DNA of 25,062 bases from a virus (lineage: Duplodnaviria; Caudoviricetes): the IMG/VR virus record IMGVR_UViG_3300032301_000652, positions 1-25,062 of that record, one strand, 5' to 3'. The translations under genes were made by a program, and so were the position numbers. Shown here piece after piece: positions 9,488 through 17,979 of the stretch. Numbering within the stretch: the stretch's first letter is position 1; every line of letters begins with the position of its first letter. The notes under the pieces were generated by a model. That model worked only from the letters and a program-made list of their open reading frames with translations, was not told the DNA's origin and did no database searches.

Positions 9488-9946
9488 ATGACAAACGAAA
9501 TTAGAAATAAAAAAGAAAGAGAAAGATATTCTAAAAAAATTCAAGATTCCAATTTTAAAGAAGAAAAAAGAAAGAGGGATTTGGAGTATTACCATAAAAA
9601 TAAAGAGACAAGAGTTGCTAAACAGATAGAAAGAAGAAAGGAACTTCTAAAAGAAGCAAAAGAAAAACTAGGTGGTAAATGTGTTTGTTGTGGTACACTT
9701 GAACATCTTGAATTTGATCATATTGATGATGCTAAAAAGGAACATAATGTGGCAAATGCTGTTCGTAATATAAGAGAAGTTTTTTGGAATGAAGTTGAAA
9801 AGTGTCAATTGTTATGTGTAAAATGTCATAACAAAAAAACAACTGCTCAAAAAAGAGCAAAACAAAATCTTTGGTTAAGTTTGTCTCTTGAAAAAAGAGA
9901 AGAATTGGTAAATAATGAGATGTGCCACTTTGAAAACTGTCCCTAA
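9488..9946 (+). CDS. HNH endonuclease (free-standing, putative homing)
   Basis: LGGKCVCCG...LEFDHID...KCQLLCVKCHNKKT; basic N-terminal helix. Confidence 0.88.
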   Translation: MTNEIRNKKERERYSKKIQDSNFKEEKRKRDLEYYHKNKETRVAKQIERRKELLKEAKEKLGGKCVCCGTLEHLEFDHIDDAKKEHNVANAVRNIREVFWNEVEKCQLLCVKCHNKKTTAQKRAKQNLWLSLSLEKREELVNNEMCHFENCP

Positions 9947-9979
9947 TGATCTCCAAATTGGGCAGTTATGCCTTATAAT
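9924..9979 (+). promoter_or_regulatory. Early-type promoter with upstream palindrome for cobS
   Basis: GCCACTT-TGAA-AACTGTC at 9924-9941; TATAAT at 9974; poor -35. Confidence 0.6.
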
Positions 9980-10008
9980 AATCTCAGTTAAACAAAACAA
10001 TCTACACT

Positions 10009-11154
10009 ATGCCTCGCACCAAAATGACCGACGAACAAATTATTTCTGGTCTTAAAGAAAATTTTGGTACAGAATTGACTTCTGCCGATATTAGGGGATT
10101 TTGTTCTGCTAAAAATCTTTCTTATCCTACTGTAACTCGTCGTCTTGAAAAGTTTAAGACTAATCGTGGTCGGTGGAACTTGGAGGTTACTACTAAGGAT
10201 ATTCAAAATCTTGAAAATACTTATATTTCACCTTCTGTTTCTGGTATTGGCATTATCGAAGCAGTAAAACAAAACCTTATTCCCGATAAAGATGATACCT
10301 TCGTCAAGTTTGGTAATTTTGACGATATTAAAAAAATTATTCAGTCCCGTCTCTTTTATCCTACATTTATTACGGGTTTGTCAGGTAATGGTAAAACGCT
10401 TAGTGTGGAGCAAGCGTGTTCTCAACTTGGTAGGGAATTGATCCGTGTCAACATTACCATCGAAACCGATTCTGATGATCTTATTGGGGGTTTCCGCCTT
10501 GTTAATGGTGAAACGGTGTGGCACAACGGACCAGTCATCGAAGCACTGGAACGTGGTGCAGTGCTACTTCTCGATGAGGTGGATCTTGCATCTAATAAAA
10601 TCCTTTGCCTCCAATCCATCCTAGAAGGTAAAGGTGTATTCCTCAAAAAAATTGGTACTTTTGTCAAACCAACAAACGGGTTTAACGTCGTCGCAACTGC
10701 CAATACTAAAGGCAAAGGTTCTGATGATGGTAGGTTTATTGGAACTAATGTTCTCAACGAGGCATTCCTAGAACGTTTCCCTGTGACCTTTGAGCAGTCC
10801 TATCCTGCTCCTGCTACCGAGCAGAAGATCTTGGAAGGTGTTGCTCTGGATCTGGGTGTGGAAGACCGTGACTTTTGCAAGAGGTTAGTTGATTGGGCCG
10901 ATATCATCCGTAAAACGTTTTATGACGGTGGTATTGAGGAAATCATCAGCACCCGTCGTTTGGTTCACATCATCCGTGCATATAGCATTTTCCAAGACAA
11001 GGCAAAGGCAATCCAAGTCTGCGTCAATCGTTTTGATGACGAAACCAAGCAATCTTTCCTGGAACTTTATGACAAAGTTGATGCTGATTTCCAAATGCCT
11101 ACTGAAGTGTCAAATGAAGTTCTTCCATATCTTGACGAACCCCGCCCTTTCTGA
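10009..11154 (+). CDS. cobS: CobS-like (MoxR family) AAA+ ATPase
   Basis: Walker A GLSGNGKT, Walker B LLLDEVD, ATANTKG, NEAFLERF, ISTRRL; N-terminal HTH-like region. Confidence 0.92.
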   Translation: MPRTKMTDEQIISGLKENFGTELTSADIRGFCSAKNLSYPTVTRRLEKFKTNRGRWNLEVTTKDIQNLENTYISPSVSGIGIIEAVKQNLIPDKDDTFVKFGNFDDIKKIIQSRLFYPTFITGLSGNGKTLSVEQACSQLGRELIRVNITIETDSDDLIGGFRLVNGETVWHNGPVIEALERGAVLLLDEVDLASNKILCLQSILEGKGVFLKKIGTFVKPTNGFNVVATANTKGKGSDDGRFIGTNVLNEAFLERFPVTFEQSYPAPATEQKILEGVALDLGVEDRDFCKRLVDWADIIRKTFYDGGIEEIISTRRLVHIIRAYSIFQDKAKAIQVCVNRFDDETKQSFLELYDKVDADFQMPTEVSNEVLPYLDEPRPF

Positions 11155-11160
11155 TATAAT
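11132..11160 (+). promoter_or_regulatory. sigma70-type promoter
   Basis: TTGACG, 17 nt, TATAAT with extended TG. Confidence 0.8.
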
Positions 11161-11162
11161 AC

Positions 11163-11190
11163 GGGGAGGTAATGTTACTTCCCCTTTGTC
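11163..11190 (+). terminator. Hairpin/terminator after cobS
   Basis: GGGGAGGT...ACTTCCCC stem followed by TTTGT. Confidence 0.55.
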
Positions 11191-11207
11191 CTTTATTTTG
11201 AAATTTT

Positions 11208-11831
11208 ATGTCTGAAATTCCTGAAAAGAAAGAAAACTTTGAAACAAGTTATAGTGACTATATTCCAACCGGAAATAGTACAATGTTTGGATCTGAATCT
11301 AATGATACAATCGCATTTGTAGGATCTAATCTTCCTGGTGGAATGGGCGACGACCATATTCGTTATTGGGAGGATGATGGTTTTAGTCTAACTGGAAATC
11401 CATATGCTTCTCCTGATGTTTTTAATTTTGGATCTCCAGCATCTGCGGTAACATTTTCAAATAACCATAGTGCAACTATGAGTTCGCAATCATTCAATTT
11501 GAATGTGGGTACATCACAAAAATCAAATCAAGAACACTTTTGGAAGTTCGGTGAAGGCGAAACTCTAAAGGCAGTGAATGATTATATTGTAAGTACATAT
11601 AATGCACACTATGCATCTGAAAAGTCTAAGGTTCAGGTGCTTGATATGATTGATGCAATTGGTGATGGTGTTCCTTTCTGCCGCGATAATCTCATCAAGT
11701 ATTCTTCCCGTTTTGGTAAGAAGGATGGGATGTCTAGACTTGACGCACTGAAGATTATCCATTATGGTATTCTTCTATACCACTTTGCTGGTTTTAATAA
11801 TCAAACTAAGAACAACAATGAAACTTTCTGA
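11208..11831 (+). CDS. DUF3310-like (T7 gp1.7/SaV-like) protein with long low-complexity N-terminus
   Basis: HYA...DMIDAIG...FCRDNLIKYSSRFGKKDG...DALKIIHY; position upstream of gp45. Confidence 0.7.
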   Translation: MSEIPEKKENFETSYSDYIPTGNSTMFGSESNDTIAFVGSNLPGGMGDDHIRYWEDDGFSLTGNPYASPDVFNFGSPASAVTFSNNHSATMSSQSFNLNVGTSQKSNQEHFWKFGEGETLKAVNDYIVSTYNAHYASEKSKVQVLDMIDAIGDGVPFCRDNLIKYSSRFGKKDGMSRLDALKIIHYGILLYHFAGFNNQTKNNNETF

Positions 11832-12483
11832 TAACTCTCTGACTATTCTCAAGAACTTTGCCGGAATTAACAATTCAATTCTGGTAAAGAAGGGAACTCG
11901 TCTTCGTACTATTTCTGTGGCAAAGAACATTCTTGCTGAAGCAGATATTATTGAAGAATTTCCTCGTGATTTTGCCGTTTATGATTTGAATCAATTTCTC
12001 AACGGTCTGAGTCTACATCAAGATCCTGAATTGGATTTTGGTAATGATTCTCATATCGTGATTCGGGAAGGTAAGCGTAGAGTTAAGTATTTCTATGCTG
12101 ATCCGAATGTAATTATTTCTCCTCCCGAAAAGGAGATTCAACTACCTTCACAAGATGTTTGTTTTCAACTTGAGAGTGCTTCTTTAGAGAAATTGGTTAA
12201 GGCAGCTGCAGTTTATCAACTTCCTGACTTTTCTGCAGTTGGGGAAGCAGGTGTGATACGTCTTGTCGTTCGGGATAAGAAGAATGACACTTCCAATGAA
12301 TACTCAATCGTGGTTGGTGAGACTAATAAGGAGTTTGTCTTCAACTTTAAGGTTGAAAACATTAAGATTATTCCTGGTGCCTATGACGTGGTTGTGTCAG
12401 AAAAACTACTGTCCCAATTCAGCAACAGCAAGTACAATCTGCAGTATTATATTGCTCTTGAACCTGATTCCACTTTTTCTTGA
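11818..12483 (+). CDS. gp45: Sliding clamp gp45
   Basis: MKLSDNSLTILKNFAGINNSI, FAVYDLNQFL, YYIALE; start corrected to ATG 11818. Confidence 0.96.
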   Translation: MKLSDNSLTILKNFAGINNSILVKKGTRLRTISVAKNILAEADIIEEFPRDFAVYDLNQFLNGLSLHQDPELDFGNDSHIVIREGKRRVKYFYADPNVIISPPEKEIQLPSQDVCFQLESASLEKLVKAAAVYQLPDFSAVGEAGVIRLVVRDKKNDTSNEYSIVVGETNKEFVFNFKVENIKIIPGAYDVVVSEKLLSQFSNSKYNLQYYIALEPDSTFS

Positions 12484-12905
12484 TGCAATTTCCACTGTAT
12501 TTGACTTCTGAAGGAAAGCAATTACTAGATCTGCTCGCAAAAGCACATTTCAATATTCGTGAAAATATTTCTTGGTGCTCTGATGGTTATTATGGTGCAA
12601 TTATCAAAGAAGATAAAACATTCTTTGTATGCACTAAAAATATTCTTAATGGACCTGATCCTAGTAAGAATTTAAATGAAACTGTTTATCACGAAGCACT
12701 TCATGCTGCCCAACTGTGTAGGGGAATGAAACCAATCGGAATTCCAATTGGAAAAATGCCTATACCATGGCATAAAATGAATAATATTGAAAAGTCAATT
12801 GCTTTGACCAAAAATAGATCTACTAGAAGACTTGAGCACGAAGCATTTTGGTTTGAGGATAAACCAAAGCAAGTCATTTATTATTTGAAAAAGTTCTGCT
12901 TTTAA
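12483..12905 (+). CDS. Hypothetical zincin-like protein
   Basis: HEALHAAQ (HExxH) with downstream EHEA; start 12480 or 12483. Confidence 0.6.
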   Translation: MQFPLYLTSEGKQLLDLLAKAHFNIRENISWCSDGYYGAIIKEDKTFFVCTKNILNGPDPSKNLNETVYHEALHAAQLCRGMKPIGIPIGKMPIPWHKMNNIEKSIALTKNRSTRRLEHEAFWFEDKPKQVIYYLKKFCF

Positions 12906-12932
12906 TTATTACAAAACTTTGAGGAACTAACT

Positions 12933-13460
12933 TTGAATATCTTCGTGGTCAATTCGTGTCCGGTGCTTTCTGCTGCAGAACTTCCTGACAAATACTCAGT
13001 GAAAATGCCCTTAGAAACCTGCCAAATGGTCTCTGTCATCTTCTCCAAGTGGTATTATAATTGGGGAACCATTCCCAAGAAAGACGGTCTGCCATACAGT
13101 ACAGAGAAGGGTGCCTTCCGTAATCATCCCTGTACTCAATGGGCAGCAAAATCTCACGAGAACCTTGCCTGGTTGATTCTGCACGGATTTGCGCTTTGTA
13201 TTGAGTATAGGAATCGTTATGAAAAAGACCACGCTTGTATGAAAGGACTTGAAGTGGCAGAGAATATCTTTGCTACTAGAAGTGGAAAGGAGATTTCTAT
13301 CTACAAGAATGTGGTAGAATTCACAAGGGCAATGCCTGATTTTTTAAAATATGATACTTCAATTGATACTTTTGAGGCATATAAAAAATATATTGCTTCC
13401 AAACCTTGGGTTGCGGAGAACTATCTTCGTATACCTTCTCGTAAACCTGATTGGATTTGA
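12933..13460 (+). CDS. Pyrimidine-dimer DNA glycosylase (DenV-like) family protein
   Basis: MNIF...DK..VKMPLETCQM...NHPCTQWA...AMP pattern; TTG start after GAGGA. Confidence 0.75.
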   Translation: MNIFVVNSCPVLSAAELPDKYSVKMPLETCQMVSVIFSKWYYNWGTIPKKDGLPYSTEKGAFRNHPCTQWAAKSHENLAWLILHGFALCIEYRNRYEKDHACMKGLEVAENIFATRSGKEISIYKNVVEFTRAMPDFLKYDTSIDTFEAYKKYIASKPWVAENYLRIPSRKPDWI

Positions 13461-13462
13461 TT

Positions 13463-14407
13463 ATGAGTTCTAACTTTATTTGGGTGGAAAAGTATCGCCC
13501 AAAGACTATTGAAGATTGCATTCTCCCTGAGAATATTAAAAAGACCTTTAGTGACTTTTTAAATAAGGGTGAAATCCCAAATATGCTACTTGCTGGACCT
13601 CCAGGAGTTGGTAAAACCACAGTAGCAAAAGCACTATGTAATGAACTTGGAGTAGATTTTTATGTCATTAACGGATCCGACGAGGGTAGATTCCTTGATA
13701 CTGTTAGAAACAATGCGAAGAACTTCGCTTCGACCGTCTCACTTTCGTCAACTGCTAAGCACAAAGTCGTTATCATTGACGAAGCAGATAACACAGGGAA
13801 CGACGTACAACTCCTCCTTAGGGCATTTATTGAGGAGTTTGCTGGTAACTGCCGTTTCATCTTCACCTGCAACTACAAAAACAAAATCATTGAACCTCTC
13901 CACTCCCGATGTGCCGTCGTCGAGTTTGGAATCAAAGGAAAAGAAAAAACCCAATTGGCAGGATCCTTCTTCAAGCGTCTACAGGACATCCTGGATGCGG
14001 AAGGTGTACGATACGATCCTAAAGTCCTTGCCGAACTAATCAACAAACACTTTCCCGATTGGAGGAGAGTTCTCAACGAGTGCCAGAGGTACTCTGTTAG
14101 TGGTGAGATAGATAGTGGGATTCTTGCGTCCTTTTCTGACGTTGCTGTAAATGATCTCATCACTCATCTCAAAGATAAGAATTTTGCTGAAGTCCGAAAG
14201 TGGGTGGTCGCCAACTTGGACAACGATTCTTCTGTCATTCTTCGCAGGATTTATGATGCCTGTTATACTCATCTTTCACCCCAAACTATTCCTGCTGCCG
14301 TTCTTATTATTGCTAAGTATCAATACCAAATTGGATTTGTGTGTGACCAAGAGATAAATCTTCTTGCAGCACTCACTGAAATTATGTGCGAATGTGAGTT
14401 CCAGTAA
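13463..14407 (+). CDS. gp44: Clamp loader large subunit gp44
   Basis: WVEKYRP, GPPGVGKT, IIDEAD, PLHSRC, FPDWRR; start at ATG 13463. Confidence 0.97.
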   Translation: MSSNFIWVEKYRPKTIEDCILPENIKKTFSDFLNKGEIPNMLLAGPPGVGKTTVAKALCNELGVDFYVINGSDEGRFLDTVRNNAKNFASTVSLSSTAKHKVVIIDEADNTGNDVQLLLRAFIEEFAGNCRFIFTCNYKNKIIEPLHSRCAVVEFGIKGKEKTQLAGSFFKRLQDILDAEGVRYDPKVLAELINKHFPDWRRVLNECQRYSVSGEIDSGILASFSDVAVNDLITHLKDKNFAEVRKWVVANLDNDSSVILRRIYDACYTHLSPQTIPAAVLIIAKYQYQIGFVCDQEINLLAALTEIMCECEFQ

Positions 14408-14423
14408 TACAAAGTTGCTTTTG

Positions 14424-14431
14424 TATAAATA
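14424..14431 (+). promoter_or_regulatory. T4-type late promoter
   Basis: TATAAATA just after gp44 stop, overlapping inverted repeat ATACAAA/TTTGTAT. Confidence 0.7.
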
Positions 14432-14441
14432 GTTATAACAA

Positions 14442-15110
14442 ATGCTAGTTGGTATTATGATACAACAAGGAGCAAAATGGTGGAACGACGAGCAAGTAAA
14501 TAAAAGGTCTGTTGAATGCCCTGGAAATAATTTTGTTCTTGGTAGAATTTCATATCCAAGAAAACCTTTGAGTGAAAATACCAAAGAAAAAATTAAACAA
14601 TCTAACATCGGCAAAATTCCTTGGAATAAGGGAAAGACCGAAATATATTCCAACGAAACTTTGGAAAAAATGAGAATGGCAAAAGAAAATTATGTCCCTT
14701 GGAATAAAGGAATATCCGGCACTATTCCTTGGAATAAGGGTCTCACAGCAGAAGATGATGATAGAATTAAATCCTATCAACAAAAGCAACTTGGACAGAT
14801 ACGAAATGGAAATTATGTATCTGGTAAAAATCATCCACAATATAGAGATGATACTCCCAAATACAAAAAATACAGAAAACAAGTAGATTTATTGACTGAA
14901 AAAAATTATGTAAAGTATAAAAATACTATAAATCCAGATAATAAACCTAGAACCTTATGTGGAGTTGAAGGTGGTTATCAATTAGATCACATATATCCTG
15001 TATATGTGGGATTTGTTAATAAAATAGCACCAGAAGAAATTGCTAAATTAGAAAATTTAAGAATTATTCCTTGGAAAGAAAATTTAATTAAAAAACACAA
15101 TCTTTTATAA
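14442..15110 (+). CDS. Putative homing endonuclease, NUMOD3-like repeats plus C-terminal HNH-like domain
   Basis: SENTKEKIK / SNETLEKMR helices, three PWNKG repeats, YQLDHIYP...NLRIIPWKEN; start may be 14457. Confidence 0.8.
   Translation: MLVGIMIQQGAKWWNDEQVNKRSVECPGNNFVLGRISYPRKPLSENTKEKIKQSNIGKIPWNKGKTEIYSNETLEKMRMAKENYVPWNKGISGTIPWNKGLTAEDDDRIKSYQQKQLGQIRNGNYVSGKNHPQYRDDTPKYKKYRKQVDLLTEKNYVKYKNTINPDNKPRTLCGVEGGYQLDHIYPVYVGFVNKIAPEEIAKLENLRIIPWKENLIKKHNLL
14616..14740 (+). repeat. Intragenic PWNKG repeats
   Basis: ATTCCTTGGAATAAGGG at 14616 and 14724 (identical); variant at 14694. Confidence 0.85.
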
Positions 15111-15117
15111 TGCTAAA

Positions 15118-15759
15118 ATGACTAATTGGATTTATAATGAAGATGGGACAATAGAACCCCCTTCAGTTTATTGGAAAAGAAAATTATCTTCAACATCGTA
15201 TAGGAAGTGGGACAATAGAACCAAAGAATACAAATATGTAAAGTGTGGTTCGGAGGAGCATAAAACAATACTCTCCAACAAAGGTGGAAGTCAAAAAGTT
15301 TGTTCTGCACCAATTCAAGTTCCAAAGTCAATTTCTGATAAATGGTATTTGTCTGAAGAATGGAAATTGTGTCGTAAAGAATATCTTCGCAACTATTACA
15401 AATTTAATGAAAAACGAGTATGTAATTATTGTGGGGAATGTGAAGATGAAGTAAAAATAAATGTTGATCACATCTATCCAATAAGAAGATATTGGAGTAT
15501 GAGATTGGATCATATTAATTTGCAAAATCTATGCGAAACTTGTAATACTATGAAAGGAAATTCTATGGACGATACAATTGCTAAAAGAAAACTTATCAAA
15601 AAAGATGGAAAATGGGTTATTCTTGAAGTAAAACAAGAACCTTTTATCTGTCCCGATTGGTTAAAGGATGATACTCCATTTGATTGGAAAAAAGAAGAAC
15701 CACAATCTTCAAAATTGGAAATACTTTCTATTAAAAAAGTGGAGTGTACGTTTAAATGA
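15118..15759 (+). CDS. HNH endonuclease
   Basis: CNYCG...VDHIYP...NLQNLCETCNTMKG. Confidence 0.88.
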   Translation: MTNWIYNEDGTIEPPSVYWKRKLSSTSYRKWDNRTKEYKYVKCGSEEHKTILSNKGGSQKVCSAPIQVPKSISDKWYLSEEWKLCRKEYLRNYYKFNEKRVCNYCGECEDEVKINVDHIYPIRRYWSMRLDHINLQNLCETCNTMKGNSMDDTIAKRKLIKKDGKWVILEVKQEPFICPDWLKDDTPFDWKKEEPQSSKLEILSIKKVECTFK

Positions 15760-15974
15760 AATTTAACTATCAAGATCTTAAAGAAGGTAGTGTTAAAACT
15801 ACTCCACAAAATGTTCAAGAAGCAAATGAAAATCTTTTTCGTGCTAAGTGGAATCTTCCAAAGGCGGCAAAGCATTGTGGAATGACTAATAAAGAAATGA
15901 AACTAACTTTTTTTGAATACCTAAAATATCACAAACCTGATTATGATGAATCAAAATTTTCAGAAACTAACTAA
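15756..15974 (+). CDS. Conserved hypothetical protein (HTH-like)
   Basis: ATGA overlap with previous stop; NLPKAAKHCGMTNKEMK. Confidence 0.7.
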   Translation: MKFNYQDLKEGSVKTTPQNVQEANENLFRAKWNLPKAAKHCGMTNKEMKLTFFEYLKYHKPDYDESKFSETN

Positions 15975-16536
15975 AAAGCAACAAGAAAGAATTGTAGATT
16001 ATGCAGAAGTTGTATACACGGATTTGAGATCTCAAGTAGAACTTTGGAATAGGAAAAGAAATAATAGAAATACGGTTAGGGGAATTACACATGGAAATTA
16101 TGATAGAATTCATACCATGTCCACTCCTTCCGGTTTGGTAAGTAAATCTGCAATTGAAACAAAATTAAAAAATTCTGAATTTGTTTTTACAAAAGACCAC
16201 GCATATAGACCTCAATTTGTAATGCAAATGTTTATGGATAATACAGATACTTTTTTATCTGATTTTAATATATTTTTGGAATATATTATTCTTGCTTCAA
16301 CTACTATTCTTATTACTTCCAAAGAAAATGATAAGTTGAAAAGTTTCACAAAAAACCGAAATGGTGAAATAATTATTAAAGTACCTACTGATAAAATATA
16401 TAAAGAAGCGGGTATAGAATTGCTTGAAGTTCAACAAGGTAGAGGATGGTGGAAAAGGGATTTAAAACCCGCTGATAATTATTTGCCCACTCCAGATCTT
16501 TATCTTGAGTATGAGAAAAAATTTTTGGTAAATTAA
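15943..16536 (+). CDS. Hypothetical protein
   Basis: 197-aa ORF in operon orientation; weak DH..RP / T..EN pattern. Confidence 0.65.
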   Translation: MMNQNFQKLTKKQQERIVDYAEVVYTDLRSQVELWNRKRNNRNTVRGITHGNYDRIHTMSTPSGLVSKSAIETKLKNSEFVFTKDHAYRPQFVMQMFMDNTDTFLSDFNIFLEYIILASTTILITSKENDKLKSFTKNRNGEIIIKVPTDKIYKEAGIELLEVQQGRGWWKRDLKPADNYLPTPDLYLEYEKKFLVN

Positions 16537-16537
16537 C

Positions 16538-17596
16538 ATGTTATCTATTGAAGATGCAACTTGGGCGGCAGATCAATTTATAGAATACTATTCTAAGTTT
16601 AATCGTATCGATGATTATCTTCGGTATGTGAAACGGAGTAGAACATCCAATGCTTCTGGAAAATTGTTCGGACCTGAAGATGAGATTTTCTCAAACTTTA
16701 ATCTTCATCCAAATGATATGTCATTTTCAATTCGTGAGGTAGATACTAATCCGAAAACAACATCCAAATACAATCAAGATCTTTATTCTGAGATTTTAAC
16801 CGACACTGCTTCAAATCCTATTGAGGAAGCAATTCCTGGTAGAACTTTGAAATGGATTGTGACTGAGGATACAACAAATAAAATTATTGGGGTAGTTCGT
16901 TTTGGATCTCCAACTATTAATTCAAAACCAAGAAATGATTATTTTGGTGAAGTTCTTTCACTTTCCAGAATTAACAGTGAGTTTGTAATGGGATTTAATA
17001 TTGTCCCTGTTCAACCATTTGGATACAATTATCTTGGTGGTAAACTTCTTGCTCTTTTGGCATCCTCTAATGAACTCAAACGACAATTTGATCGTAAGTA
17101 TGGAATTGATCTTCAATACTTTGAAACAACTTCACTGTACGGTACAACGAAAGGAGTATCCATGTATGATGGTCTTAAACCTTATATTCGACACATAGGA
17201 GATACTGAAAGTAATTTTCTTCCACTATTTCATGATGACTACTTTAAAGAAATGTTCTGGTGGTTTAATAACACCGCAAATGGTGGCGAAAGACTGATTT
17301 CTGCAGATAAGTCATCAAAGAAACTGAAGATTCAAACTAAGATGATTTCTATCATCCGAAATTCTTTAAAAGGTCATTCTAAGTTGGATGAATTTAATTC
17401 TTGTATTGAACATGCAAAGACTCTTACCGAAAAGAAGAGGTATTATCTTTCTAAATTTGGATACGAACCTGAACAAGTTATTGAGTGGTGGAAGAAGAAG
17501 GCATCTAAAAGATACGAAAAATTGAAGTCCGAAGGTCGTCTTAGGATTGAACTTGAATTGTGGAAACATGATAATGATTTGGAGATTATTCGATGA
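16538..17596 (+). CDS. DUF4338/DruA-like protein
   Basis: PGRTLKWIV, VPVQPFGYNYLGGKLLALL, ETTSLYG motifs. Confidence 0.75.
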   Translation: MLSIEDATWAADQFIEYYSKFNRIDDYLRYVKRSRTSNASGKLFGPEDEIFSNFNLHPNDMSFSIREVDTNPKTTSKYNQDLYSEILTDTASNPIEEAIPGRTLKWIVTEDTTNKIIGVVRFGSPTINSKPRNDYFGEVLSLSRINSEFVMGFNIVPVQPFGYNYLGGKLLALLASSNELKRQFDRKYGIDLQYFETTSLYGTTKGVSMYDGLKPYIRHIGDTESNFLPLFHDDYFKEMFWWFNNTANGGERLISADKSSKKLKIQTKMISIIRNSLKGHSKLDEFNSCIEHAKTLTEKKRYYLSKFGYEPEQVIEWWKKKASKRYEKLKSEGRLRIELELWKHDNDLEIIR

Positions 17597-17979
17597 CTTA
17601 TGAATTGAAGGACTGGTTGAATTCAATCAATCAAACAAAAAAGAATATTATGGATGAAGATCCCTTATCAGAAAAAGAATATGCGCCATACATTATTAAT
17701 CGTTGTTTCTCTGGACATATTGATTCTTTGATGTTTTCAAATGAGATGAATAAGTATCATTTCCTTCCGAAAAAGATGCAGTATGACTTTTTTATAAATA
17801 TTCTGAGGACTAAGAAGAGATTTTCTCCTTGGCTCCGTAAAGATACGATCAAAGATCTTGATTATGTGAAACGTTACTATGGTTATAGTAATGAGAAAGC
17901 AAAACAGGCTTTGAGGATTCTTACCAAAGAACAACTAACATTTATTAAATCGAAATTTGAAACTGGAGGAACAAAATGA
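17593..17979 (+). CDS. gp62: Clamp loader small subunit gp62
   Basis: YAPYIINRCFS, NEMN, QYDFF, KRFSPW, YYGYSNEKA. Confidence 0.95.
   Translation: MTYELKDWLNSINQTKKNIMDEDPLSEKEYAPYIINRCFSGHIDSLMFSNEMNKYHFLPKKMQYDFFINILRTKKRFSPWLRKDTIKDLDYVKRYYGYSNEKAKQALRILTKEQLTFIKSKFETGGTK

Noticed and set aside
14616-14740. CRISPR-like mini-array
   Set aside because: Repeats are in-frame PWNKG peptide repeats with irregular spacing; no cas genes
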